NCBI RefSeq assembly: GCF_004010195.1
Contig: NC_057718.1
Location: forward strand, 12,318,924 to 12,382,923
Length of the DNA stretch: 64,000 nt
From: Chiloscyllium plagiosum
Lineage: Eukaryota
Direction of reading: 5' to 3'
Numbering within the stretch: the stretch's first letter is position 1; each line of letters opens with the position of its first letter. Positions 1 to 12,254 of the stretch are shown one piece after another. The notes under the pieces were generated by a model. The model saw only the letters and a list, made by a program, of their open reading frames with translations, did not search any database and was not told the origin of the DNA. Position numbers and translations under genes: made by a program.

Positions 1-164
1 CAATCACTCCCACTGTTACTTCCCCACTCTTCAGTTGGCACACCAACCTGATCTTACATAGAGGAATGTTAATTTTCTGTCTATCTATCCCACAAATTAC
101 CACTCTCTCAGATAACATGTCAGTAAGAGTGCAAATAGGTTCATCTCTTACTATTCGAGACTGA

Positions 165-1410
165 TTAAGAACAAAAGAACTAGGAGCAGGAGTAGACTGT
201 CCGGCCCTTCAAGCATGCTCTGCCATTCATGGCCAATGTTTTTGTGGACTCAGCTCTATTTACCTGCACTCTCACCATATCTCTTAGTTCCTTTATTGTT
301 CAAAACAAAATCTATCTTAGCTTTAAAAACATTTACTCAAGTAGCATCAACTACTTCACTGGGCAAGGAATTCCATAGATTTTACTACCCTCTGGGTGGA
401 GAAATTTGTTCTTAATTCAGTCCTAAATCTGCTCCCTCTAATCTTGAAGCTATGATCTTTTGTCCTAGTTTCACCTGCCAGTAAAAACATTCTTTCTACT
501 TCTACCTTATCTATTCCTTTCATAAGTTTATATGTTTCTATAAGATTCCCCTCTCAATCATCAGAATTCCAATGAATATAATACCAATCTACTCAGTTTC
601 TCCTCATAAACCAACCCCTCAACTCTGGAATCAACCTAGTGAACCTCCTCTGCACCCCCTTCAGTGGCAGTAAATCCCTTCTCAAGTAAGGAGACCAAAA
701 CTGCACAATACTCCAGATGTGGCCTCACCAGCACCTTGCACAGCTGCAACATAACCTCTTTGCTTTTAAACTCAATCCCTTTAGCAATGAAGGACAAAAT
801 TCCATTTCCCTTTCTAATTACTTGTTGTACCTGCAGACCAACTTTCAGTGATTCATGCTCAAGGATACCCATATCCCTCTGCATAGCAGCATGTTGCAAC
901 TTCTTACCATTCAAGTAATAAATCTTTTTTACTATTACTCCTACCAAAATGTATGACTTCACACTTATTTACATTGTGTTCCATCTGCCAGAACTTTGCC
1001 CACTCACTCAATGTATCTATGTTCCTCTGCAAAGTTTCAGTCCTCTGCAAATTTTGCTCTGCCACTCATCTGCAAATTTTGACACTACATGTGGTCCCCA
1101 ACTCCAAATCATCGATATAAATCGTAAATAAATGCAGTCCCAACACCGATCTCTGAGGCTACCACTAGTCACTGATTGCTAGCCAGAAGAGCAATCATTT
1201 ATCCCCACTCTTGCTTCCTGTTAGTTAACTAATCTTCTATCCATGCTAATACTTTACCCTAATGCCACGTATCCTTATCTTATGCAGCAGCCTCTTGTGC
1301 GGCACCTTGTCAAAAGCCTTTTGTAAATCTAGGTACACCACATCTACTGAGTCCCCCTTGCTTGTAATGTCTTCATAGAATTCCAAAAGATTTGTGAAGC
1401 ATTGACCTAG
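165..1410 (-). mobile_element. CR1-type LINE, degraded 3' portion
   Basis: Minus ORF 636-962 has the CR1 ORF2 motif EVMLQLCKVLVRPHLEYC; typical CR1 3' tail near 165-230. Confidence 0.85.
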
Positions 1411-1429
1411 CCTTCATGAACCCAAATTA

Positions 1430-2733
1430 GATTAGGTCCTATATCTCTCAAAGTTATCTCTCAAATTTCACTTCTCCGCTGTTCTTTCTGAGTAAACTTT
1501 ACCCACAGAGATAAAGACTTTATAGAGATCAGACACTAACTCAATACTCAGCCCCTGCCTAGGGTATGCAGTCTCCTGCAGCTCCTTAACCTTTGTTGGG
1601 GGTTCCTTTTCTACTTTCACTAATGCCACTGGCTTCGCCTCTTTTACCACATCTTTTCCCCCCAGTGCCCATTCTTTCACAACCAGCCCTGCGACTTTAC
1701 GTGTTACACCTTCTGGCAGTGAAAACACCTTTTTCCAGTGCCCTTCTTAAACCATCAGGACTGTAATTTTCTATGTCCCACTCCTTTGCAGGGAAAACAC
1801 CCGAGGCCTTTCACATCCTTTCCACCCTCTTCGGCTTCTTTATCCACCTGTGGTAAACTAGTGTGCTCTACTCTTTGTTTTGTAGGGTAGGATCTCCCCT
1901 TCTCCCAATTTCTATCCCTCACAGGATAAAATTCTTGCTGGAAGCTAAATTTTGCCTTACTGAAAGTTCATCTGTCATCTCTGCCACTCTTCTCACTTCT
2001 TGAACTTCCTGTTTATCCACATGAATTCTTACCTCTGGATGTGAGTTTTCTCCTCGAAATCTGCTAAAACATGAGTGACACAGAACTCCCAAATTCCACT
2101 ATTTAACGAAAATACTAATTTATTCTTTAACTCTAAAAGTGAACTTTAAACAACAATTATTTACAACTCTAAGCCACCCTTTTCTTAACTGCTTATTACC
2201 TGCCTTCAACTCGATAACAATATGGCATTCCAATAAACTTGTTAAAATTAGATCAATGTAATTTCAAAACCATACAGCGGCTGTTGTTGGTGTCTGTCTT
2301 CTTTTGACTGAAGATCTCCCTGGATCGTCGTCTTTCTTTTTACTATAAAGATGTTTCATGTGAAAAGGTATCTTTGATAGAGTGTTTCAATCTTTTGGGT
2401 CTCTCAATGGCAGTCTGATGTTCAAAATGCCTGCTTGTTATTATACCTCCAACATCGGATCATCTCATTGCTTCAAGGTTGGCAAAACAATAAATTTAGA
2501 CTCAAATGTGTTTTAGTATCCTGAGGCATAATTTAAACTGATTGCATAAATTCGAATTGTCAAAACAGCAAACAACTCAGGTATGAATTTCACAGCCAAA
2601 TGTTACATATTTTCAATTTTCCAGTACACTCAGACTGCTAGCTAGTCATATGACAGGTGCTTGTAAGCTCTCAGTGCAAAAACAGCATTCACTCTCTCTT
2701 AAAGGTACAGTACATACCCACAACTTCATGACA
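1430..2733 (-). mobile_element. Probable Gypsy-type LTR retrotransposon remnant (LTR-like segment plus degraded gag)
   Basis: Minus strand near 1755-1800 reads CFPCKGVGHRKLQS, a degenerate CX2CX4HX4C knuckle. Segment 2075-2733 begins TGT on the minus strand and has AATAAA near its end. Confidence 0.45.
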
Positions 2734-3914
2734 AAATGAACATAAAGAACAGCAGATGCTGGAAATCTGAAATAAAAGGAGAGACTGCTGGAGAAACTCA
2801 CCAGGTCTGCCAGCATCAGTAAAGAGTTGACTCTGTTTTCTGCTGATGGATGCTGCTAGACCTGTATTTCGCTAGCACTGTTTTTGTTGCATGAATTGTT
2901 ACTCGAGGCAAATCTTTATTGACTGATGCAATCAGAAGAAAAATGTCACTTTTAATGATACCACAAGTCGTTAGCAACAACTAGAGGGTTCTCTGCAGGA
3001 ATCTGTTCTGAAGATTCATACCTACAATCTTAACAGATATATTCTTAGTAAACTATTTTTCAGTCTTAATAGTTTACCAACTATGTTGTTATTACAGAAA
3101 ATATTTCATACTCTAAACTATTCTAGTTTGCTGATGAAACTGAAGACAAGTTCCTCTTAATGCTGTTCATGCTGGACATCAAAATGAGTCCTCAAGATTA
3201 ACAAGACTACAGAACATATTCTTAAGCCGATTAATAACCAAAATGAATATTGTGATTCAGGTACTGCAATAATTTCACGAAGGACTGCAGATTCTAGAGA
3301 TTTGAAACAAAGATAGAAACTCAGTAGGTCTGACAACATCTGTCAGGAAAAAGCAAAGTTAACATTTTGAGATCAGTGAGTCTTCAGAAGTTTTGATTTC
3401 ACATTTATTTCCTAAATTCTAATGAACAGTTGGCAGTAGGTGCATCTGTAGTCCTATTTTGTGCATAAACCTGATGTTCTCCGATTTCCAATCAGAAAAA
3501 GAGGCTATTTTTGATTACCAACAGAAGCACTTATCCCAATACAGGATGAGCTCATCCAGGATCTAACTTCTAAAGTGAATTTTTATTTCTGACCTTGTTT
3601 TAGCTTTATATGAGTATTTAATATCTGACCACAGATGTCAATTGACACTTAAGACATACAAGGAATCCCTCTGCTGATTCTTTCAATCTCCTACAAAATG
3701 ATATAATGAGCTATCTCTAACATACTTTTGGTTTCTACCAATTTTCTTTCAAAAGTCTAGTGCAAGATTTGGAAATTTCTGCAGAAATTTTACGTGTTAA
3801 GTAATTCTGCCTTATCTATTGACACATGGCAAGTTGTTTTTAAGAAAGGATGAAATAAGGATCTATAAAGAGCAAACAAGATCAATGTTTGGATATATAG
3901 TTTAAGGGTTGGTA

Positions 3915-4360
3915 ACCACCACAGTGGCTTAGTGGTTAACACTGCTGCCTTATAGTGCCAGGGACCAAAGTTAGATTCCAACATCGGGTGAATGTCTGTG
4001 TGGAGTTTGCACATTTTTCCCTTATTGGCATGGGTTTCCTCCGAATGCTCCGGTTTCCTCTCACATCCAAAGATGTGCATATTCGGTGAATTGGCTATGC
4101 TAAATTGCCCATAGTGTTCAGGGATGTGTAGGTTAGGGCAAGTTGGCCATACTAAATTGCCCATAGTGTTCAGGGATGTGTAGGTTAGGGTGAATTGGCC
4201 ATGCTAAATTGTCCATAGTGTTCAGGAGTGTGTAGGTTAGGGGCATTTGTCAGGGGTAAACATAGGGTAGGGGAATAGGTCTGGGTAGGTACTCTTCGGA
4301 GGGTCAGTATGGAACTATTGGGCCAAATGACCTGTTCTCAACACTGTTGGGATTCTATGA
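3915..4360 (+). mobile_element. HE1-like V-SINE with an internal 52-bp triplication (4085-4241)
   Basis: tRNA-like head and V-domain GTCTGTGTGGAGTTTGCAC...GCTCCGGTTTCCTC; three tandem 52-bp units. Confidence 0.85.
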
Positions 4361-4476
4361 CATAAAGATGCTTTACAAAAACAAAAATCAGAAGCAACAT
4401 GAGAAAACAACTTTATCGGTAAACAGTGGTTGGGGTTTAGATTATACTATCTGACGGAGTGGTGGGATTCAGATTA

Positions 4477-5218
4477 CAGAGGAACCTCGATTATCTGAAC
4501 ATCAATCATCCAAATTTTGGATTATACAAAGAAGATCTCAAGGTCCCGACAGAAAAATTACATCAAAGAGGTGTTACCAACACCGGTCACGTCTTTTGTT
4601 TATACTGATTAAAAGTGAATGTGGCTTACTGAAATGCTGCAGTCCTGGATATCAATGGGAGCCCAGGCACCGTCTCCAAATGACTGACCTCCCACCCTCT
4701 CTCTCTCCCCACACTTGCCCTTGAGTTCTACACAAGGATGTACCCTAAACACCCCTTCCCCCTCCAATACTGTCAAAAGGTTGTGCTATTTTGAGACTCA
4801 CCTCCCCACGCCCCCCCCCCCAAAAGGCAGCAGCAGTCTTGCTGTTGGTGTCTAGTCTGGCAGCTATTCCCATTTTGGGACTGGGGCAGCATGGGATGGG
4901 GTGTTGCGCAGTGTACTGCTGCCTACTCTCCTGAACAAGGAGTGGACATAACAAGTGCTCACTCTGTCAACCCCATTGAAGTGAAGCAGTGGCAGGGAAG
5001 AGGCTTCAGCAATCCCGCAGGTCCCTTAAATGCAAGTGTGTGTCTGCTCAGAAACAAACCCTGAGCCAGAGAGAGGGAGTAAGGCAGGCAGAGCGAGGAA
5101 AAAGGAAACTTCAGAAAACTCTTAGAGTCCCAGAGGTGAGGCATTGAATCAGTTATCCAAATAATCAATTATCCAAACAAAATACTGCCCACCTGCTTGA
5201 ATAATCGAGGTTCTTCTG
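4477..5218. mobile_element. Non-autonomous Tigger/pogo-type (Tc1/mariner) DNA transposon
   Basis: TA-CAGAGGAACCTCGATTAT ... ATAATCGAGGTTCTTCTG-TA: terminal inverted repeats and TA target duplication. Confidence 0.85.
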
Positions 5219-6123
5219 TATATGGAGACACACTGAAGCTCTCTTTGACATGTATTGACATTTACTGTTAATGTCTGAGGAACGTGCAATATACTGTTCA
5301 GAGTTGTGACAAATTATGTCTCAAGCTTCATTACAGTCAAGTCAGACTATCCTAATAATGAGGCACAGTGGCATAGAAGGGAAGAAAAGGAAGCAATCCT
5401 ACACTCTAGATTCTACTACTTCATGGGTCTTCTGACTCCATGTGCACAAAGATCAATGGGGTCAAAACCTGGCTTGTTCAGTAATATGAATGACTTCGAG
5501 TAGACACTATCAATCATCAAATCAGGGGACAATGAATCAATGACAATCAATCAAATAGTAGCCTTCCAAATGGATTGGATGAATAGTTAAACAAATTACA
5601 GGGAAATGGGGAAAAAAAGTGATGATTAGGACTAACTCAACTGCCCCTTGAAAGGCTCAAAAGCCTGAAAGCATCCTGCAGTAACGTTCAATGATTTTCT
5701 AACAGGATAGATTATTAGAAACTGGAACAAGCAACTACCACTAGTTCCAGGAATGTATCTAGAAAAATTGTTTGGAGTTAATCTGCAAAAGGAAGAGAAT
5801 TAACATCATTACAGAATAAACAGCCTACATAGTGCCATTTGTTTACAATGTGAATTTGCATTTTTCACAAATGATGCAAGTTCTATTTACAAATGCTTTC
5901 AAATTTTGTAAGTTTATTTGTACTCTGAAATATTTACTAAAACACAAGACAATTAGTTAAGTTTCAATATCAGAACAATCCTTTCAATGAAAAATCATTT
6001 TTTTCAAATTGCAAAAGTAAGAGCAGATATGACAATTTGTATATCTAAACAATGTTAAATTTAGGCTTAGTGCCTCCAGTAACATGCATTGCATCTTAAC
6101 TCAAATTTCTAAAAAGTAAACAT

Positions 6124-6129
6124 TTTATT
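6124..6129 (-). terminator. Polyadenylation signal AATAAA of DYNLT2
   Basis: AATAAA on the minus strand about 10 nt after the TAG stop. Confidence 0.6.
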
Positions 6130-6138
6130 ACAATACTG

Positions 6139-6249
6139 CTATTCATAATATACAGCATAAACAGTTCCTACGACAAAAAACGTAGTGGTATGAAAATGGC
6201 TTTCACACCAACTGTCATGTTCTGGATCCCACAGAAATCTGCTGGCAAT
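6139..6249 (-). CDS. DYNLT2: DYNLT2/TCTE3 last coding exon
   Basis: tatag|IASRFLWDPEHDSWCESHFHTTTFFVVGTVYAVYYE*, the typical Tctex1 C-terminus (SRxxWD...D.W...YYE). Confidence 0.92.
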   Translation of the reverse strand: MASRFLWDPEHDSWCESHFHTTTFFVVGTVYAVYYE

Positions 6250-6548
6250 CTATATAATTAAAGTAAAATATATTCAAAACGATGTAAGACACTATCATTT
6301 CAAAAACAAAATATTCTTAATTCAAAATAAAATGAAAAATTTAATGATAAATTAAGTTGTCGTTTCAGAGTAGATTTAGTTATAAATGGGTTTTTTAAAT
6401 TGCTGAAAAACAGACATGCTATCTCACACCAATTTGTATGGCATGAGATACAGGGTGCTGACTGATTAGCAAGTGGACTCTGATTTGTCAAAGCCTCTTA
6501 CCAACAAATCAACACTGTTTCTCTTCCCAAACATTCCCTTTGAAATTA

Positions 6549-6748
6549 GTTAAAATCACACAACATCAGGTTATAGTCCAACAGGTTTATTTAGAACTAT
6601 TAGCTTTTGGACTGCTGCTCCACAGCTACCCGATGAAGGAGCAGCGCTCCGAAAGCTAGTACTTCCAAATAAACCTCTTGGACTATAACATGGTGTTGTG
6701 ATTTTTAAACTTTATACACCCCAGTCCAACACCAGCACATCCACATTA
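6549..6748. mobile_element. Fold-back mini-element carrying a minimal hammerhead motif (family B)
   Basis: Left arm is the reverse complement of the right arm. Right arm has CCGATGA-A-GGAGC-AGC-GCTCC-GAAAGCTA. Confidence 0.7.
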
Positions 6749-7070
6749 TGGCCCTTTGAAATTGTTATTCCCACTGCTGTTCTGCTGAGTACAATACAAA
6801 AAAACTTTGGCAACACAAAAAAAAAGCTTCAACATGTCTTCTTTTCAACAATAATCAAGTTCTGTCCTTCATGACTTTTTTTTTTACAACTGCTATTAAA
6901 AAAGCGAACCTGACTCAGTACCATTTTTAAAAGGCTCTCTTTGTGGTCAATGTCACCACTAGATGGAGCACCTTTTTTTTTTATATTTGAAAAATATACT
7001 TTATTCATAAATTGTATAGAGATCCAAATAATTTTATGTTTGGACATGCTTAAAATCAGATGCTTTTAAA

Positions 7071-7197
7071 CGGATGAAGAGCTCATGCTCGAAACGTCGA
7101 CTCTCCTGCTCCTCAGATGCTACTTGACTGGCTGTGCTTTTCCAGCACCACACTTTTTGACTCTGATCTCCAGCATCTGCAGTCCTTACTTTCTCCT
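7071..7197 (+). mobile_element. Solo PLE terminal repeat (pLTR) with hammerhead motif
   Basis: GATGA-A-GAGC-TCAT-GCTC-GAAACGTC-GACT, ending CAGCATCTGCAGTCCTTACTTTCTCC; flanked by TGCTTT(T)AAA on both sides. Confidence 0.75.
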
Positions 7198-7534
7198 GCT
7201 TTAAAACTTGCATCCAACAGGAAAATGCAGGGTATGATAAACACATAAAAGTAACATCATCAGAGCCAAAGAAATGCAAATACATTTGTGAGCAGGGCCT
7301 CCAAAATGCTAAAGAGTATTTGGAATTTTGTGTAGATCGTTTTCCCTGAATAAGTAGGCCATATGCACTTTTGTGTTATTTGCTCAGCTGATTTCCCTAG
7401 GACTCTCCTACATATACTCTATCTTAGCTACTCATAATATACAGCATACACAGTTCCTTTCATTCTATTCCTATTTTTTCGGATGGGATACTATTTTAAT
7501 TGTACTAAAATCAGTTTTTTTTTAAATTCACTCA

Positions 7535-9010
7535 TGGAAACTGGCAGGCCAGCATTAATTGCCCTTGAGAAGTGGATGGTGAGCTGCCACTCACATGCTT
7601 TAGGTGGATGCACAATACCTTTAGGGATGGAATTCCAGGTTTTTGACCCGACAATACTGAAAGAATGGCAATATACTTCAAAGTCTGGATGGTGGGTGGC
7701 TTGGTGGGGAACTTGGAGGTGGTAGCCTTCCCATGTATCTGCTGCCCGGTCCTTCTCATTGGAAATGGTTGTGGCTTTGGAAGGTGCTGTCTAAGGATCT
7801 TTTGAATTTCTACAGACATTTTATAGATAGTACACAAAGCTGTGTTGGTGGCAGGGGGAGTGGCCTTTTATATCTTTCCCCTCTCACCTTAAATCTATGC
7901 CCTCCACTTCTGGACTGTCACATCGCAGGGAAAAGATCTTATCTATTTATGTTATCCATGCCCCTGATTTTATAAACCTCTATAAAGGTCATCCCTCAGC
8001 CTCACATTCCTGGGAAAAAAGAGCGTCAGCCTCTCCCTATAGCTCAAATCTTCCAACACTGGCAACATCCTTGTACATCTTTTGTGAACCCTTTCAAGTT
8101 TCACAATGTCCTTCTGAGAGGAGGGAGACCAGAATTGCACGCAATATTCTAAAAGTGCCCTAACCAATGCCCTGCTGTTGAGACTGTTATCAGATTTGCT
8201 GACAGCGCCAGAGGACAGGACTTTTCATATTGCAAAAAAAAAATTCATTTTAAAAAAAAAACTCAATCATTTAATCTCGACAGTGTGAGAGCAGGCCATT
8301 TGTCCCATTGAATCTATACTGACCCTCCAAAGAACATTCCATACCCCTTACCATATCCCCTGTATTTCCCGTGGCTAACTCACCTAGCCTGCACATCCCT
8401 GGACAAATGACCTTACAACTCCTATACTCAATGCTCTGACCAATAAAGGCAAGCATACTAAACGACTTCTTCATTAGCCTATCTACCTGCGACTCCATTT
8501 TCAACAAAGAATGAACCTAGACTCCAAAGTCTCTTTGTTCAGAAACACTCCACAAAGCCTCACCATTAAGTGTAAACATCTTGTCTTGATTTGCCTTTCC
8601 AAAATGCAGCACCTCACACTTATCTAAATTAAACTAACCATTCTGCATCTCTAAACACCCATCTGGTGACGTTCAATATAATTAATCCAAAAGGACTGGG
8701 CAGCACAGTGGCTCAGCAGGAACCCAGGTTCAATTCCAAACTAGGGCAAATCTGTCAGGAGGTTGCACATTCTCCCCACACTTGTGTGGGATTCCTCCAG
8801 GTGCTCCAGTTTCTTCACACAGTCCAAAGATGTGCAGGTCATTGGGCAATTTAGCATGCCCAATCAAAGTGTCCAGGGATGTGCAGGATAGGTGGATTAG
8901 CCACGAGAATTGCAGGAGATAAGGTAAGAGGTGTGGAATGTTTTTTGGAGGGTCAGTGTGAATTCAATGGGATAAATGGTCTGAATTGACACTGTAGGGA
9001 TTCAATGATT
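7535..9010. mobile_element. Nested CR1/HER1 fragments and V-SINE copies
   Basis: Minus ORFs with LLEYCVQFWSP and KMESQVDR motifs; V-SINE at about 8697-9010. Confidence 0.75.
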
Positions 9011-9757
9011 CTGAGTTTTTTTAAAGAAATTAATAAAGTATATTTTTTGCAATATAAAAAGTCCTTCCCATCTGGAGCTGCCAGCAAATCTGATAACAGT
9101 CTCAACAGCACAGCTTGGTAGAGCACACTGCCAGGACTGCAAGCAGGCTCAGGAAGATGACAGCCATAGAATCTCAATGAGATAGCCAGGAGAATGTTGG
9201 GTGGGAAGGCTGTGCCCTCTTTAGGGGATAAGGTTTTGAAGTACAAGCAGGTAGGGAGGAGGTAACTATCGTCTCAAAGGATGATCCCAGTGGGCAAAGG
9301 GCACCCTCCAAAGATAATGAACCCCTTTCTTCCCAGCCTTAACATTTTGGAGAAAACAAAATAGCTGCCAATTTGTACCTGCCCACACTAATCGTTTTAT
9401 GGCATAGTCAGGGTAATATTAGATTTAGTTCAACTTTTAACAGTTTGTTTATTTACATTTGATAGGTGTAATGCTGATTTTGCCACTGTCCTTATTGAGG
9501 GTAAGCTCAAGAGTAGATGGGAATGTGATAGCCTGGACACCTGCCCTATTTTGCATGTCTCCACACTGAAAACATACCTGCCAGGTGCAAGTAATATCAG
9601 CCTATGGTCTTTAGTAGTTGAATATTCTGTTGATTTACACCTACAAGATGGACAAAACCACTTGGAATAAAAAAAAGCATCATGGACTTTTCATACTACT
9701 GTTTCCATAAAGAAGTTATTTTTGAAAACTATTGTCAACTTGAAATGATTTACTCAC

Positions 9758-9910
9758 CATTATACCTTGATTTTTCAGTTCTCCAGTGAAAACTCTAGCA
9801 ATTAATTTGAACCGTTCAGGTGCCAAATCTTTTGCTATGGCTCTCACATCATCAGAAAGGGCAAGAGTCAATGCCTTAAAATTGTAAATGTCCTTATCTC
9901 TTAGCTTAGC
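9758..9910 (-). CDS. DYNLT2: DYNLT2/TCTE3 coding exon 3 (Tctex1 domain)
   Basis: T-rich acceptor ttaaag|AKLRDKDIYNFKALTLALSDDVRAIAKDLAPERFKLIARVFTGELKNQGIM|GTGAGT; 153 nt. Confidence 0.9.
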
Positions 9911-10451
9911 CTTTAAAAAAAAATAAAACTTGATATTGTCTTTCATCAATTTAAAACAATTTTGTTTCCTAGCAAAGAAATTAGCTGGTTTATTTTCCTC
10001 CTCATACTATCAAAATAAAATAGTGTAATGTTAAGTATTTTACAAGTATTTTCCTACCGGTACCACTAGTGACAATCTAGCATGATTCTTTTACCATGGA
10101 TTTAATCTGCTCTAATAGTTCCAGTCCAGCTGACTGTATGAACAGAGTTCCATTACCCTTCCCTATAGGCAATGATGTTGCCATTAGATGCACCCAAAAA
10201 TCAAGATTACTATATTTAGTTGGCTGTTTACAGTTATTAAATGTTAGAGATTATTTCCACGTTCTCCTGGCTGCTTCCCCAACAACCCCTTCCCAAACTT
10301 ATCGAACATCATATTATCTGGGATATTGAATTTCAGATGCAAGTCCCACAGTGACCACTAAACCACAGTGGCTTCCCACTTGCTCTCAGGGACAATTAGG
10401 GACTCCCATGAAGAAATAACAAACATCTTGTTTAAAAACTGTACACATTAC

Positions 10452-10670
10452 CTCGAAAAGCTCATCCATCCTTCTTGCAACTGCAGCAAAGTCAAATTCT
10501 CTATCTGGAACCATTTTATAGGTATTAGCCATTTTTTGCTTCACAAGACTAGGTTTCCAGGTTAAAGGTTCTTCAAAGACATCATCATCATCTTCATCCA
10601 GTTCACTCTTGTCTACATGCACAACTTGAAGGATAGTGTCATGTAACCTTTCCTTTAGGATCTCATGAAA
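10452..10670 (-). CDS. DYNLT2: DYNLT2/TCTE3 coding exon 2
   Basis: ttaag|FHEILKERLHDTILQVVHV...WKPSLVKQKMANTYKMVPDREF...ELFE|GTAATG. Resembles TCTE3 ILRERLRESI...FANSYRMEP; 219 nt. Confidence 0.88.
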
Positions 10671-10804
10671 CTTAACTCGAGAAAGTTGGTGACAAGGAGG
10701 ATTAGATTAAGTCATAAACAATCTGCTCAGCACATATCTGTGGTATTGCTTACTTTAGAATGAAAATATAACAGAATGGATAGTTCTAAACTTCTAGTAT
10801 CTGC

Positions 10805-12250
10805 TTATGAACAGATGAAATTAGAAGTAAGCCATTCAGCCTGTTGACCTTTCAAGAAGATCATGCCACAACTGCTTGTGGTTTCAATTTCATGTTCCCA
10901 TCTAACCCTGATAATCTTGAGAGAAAGCATTAATCTATCTACCTCAAAAAAAACTCAATGACCTGCCTCCATTTTCTTCCGATATAGAAAGTTTGAACAC
11001 TCATCTTCAGAACAAAATGGCCCTGATCTCTATCTACAAAGGAGAACACTTAATGATACAAACCGTGTCCCCTAGTCTTGGCTCACCCACAAGACAGAGA
11101 GAGAAAAAAAATCATATTCACATCCACCTTGTCAAAATCATTCTTGATCTTTCATGTATCAATCAAATCACTCCTCATTCCTCAACTCGTGGAAATAAGC
11201 CCAGATAGTCCAATGTTTCCTCAGTCGGTCCACTCATTCCAGGAGTCAATCTTGTAAATCTCCTCTGAATTGCCCCCAACACACATTTACATTCTTCCAA
11301 AATACAAGATTAAAACCATACGCAGTATTTGAGATTTGACCTCACCAGTGCCTTGTATAAATAAAGCATATCTTAACTACTTTCAATTCAATTAACCTTC
11401 TTAGTCTCTTACTGCCCTTGCATACTAAGATTTTGCCAATTAGCCTGACCTTGCTCGTTGGTAAGTATTTAGAGTCTATTATCAAGGATGAGATTGCAGA
11501 TTACTTATTAGGTGCACAATAGGTGGCTTGGCCATGGTAAATTGCTCCATAGTGCCCAGAGATGTGTAGAATAGGTACATTTGCCATGGTAAACATAGGG
11601 ATACACGGATAGGGTAGGGAGCTGGATGTATATTGCACGCTCTTCCAACGTTTGGTGCAGACTTGATAGGCCAAATGGTCCCTTACCACACTAACAGTTC
11701 AAAACTAGGACTCAGTCAGCACAGCTTTGTCAAGGAGAGTTCATGCTTGGCAAATCTTAGACTTTATGAGCAAGTTACGCAAAGGAGATCCAACATGCAT
11801 GATCTATTTGAATTTCTAGAACATCTTTGACAAGTGTCATGAAGGAAGCTGCGAAATAAGAGTCCATGGTGTGAGAGGCAAAGTACTGGTATAGTTAGAG
11901 AATTGGCTGACTGGCAGAAGGCAGAGTGTGGAGATAATGGGGTCTTTTTTCAGGATACTGTCTAGCAGAGTTCTGCAGAAGTCCATATTGGAACAACAAT
12001 TCACATTAAAGTTAATGACATGGACAAAACAGCCTGAGGGCGTTGTTGCTAAGTTTGCAGTTGACATATTAGGTGGAGGTACAAGTACAGTTTTGGAAGC
12101 AGGGAGGCTGCAGAAAGATATGTACAGACTAGGAATTTGTACAAAGAATTAGCAAATGGAATATAATGTGGGATAGCGTGAGGTTATGCAATTTGGTAGG
12201 GAGAACAGAGGCACAGATTATTTTCTATACAGGGATAGGCTTCATAAATC
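10805..12250. mobile_element. Old CR1 fragments in both orientations, with a SINE piece
   Basis: QHSFVKESSCLANL and VAKFA...LQKD RT-region remnants. Confidence 0.7.
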
Positions 12251-12254
12251 TAAA

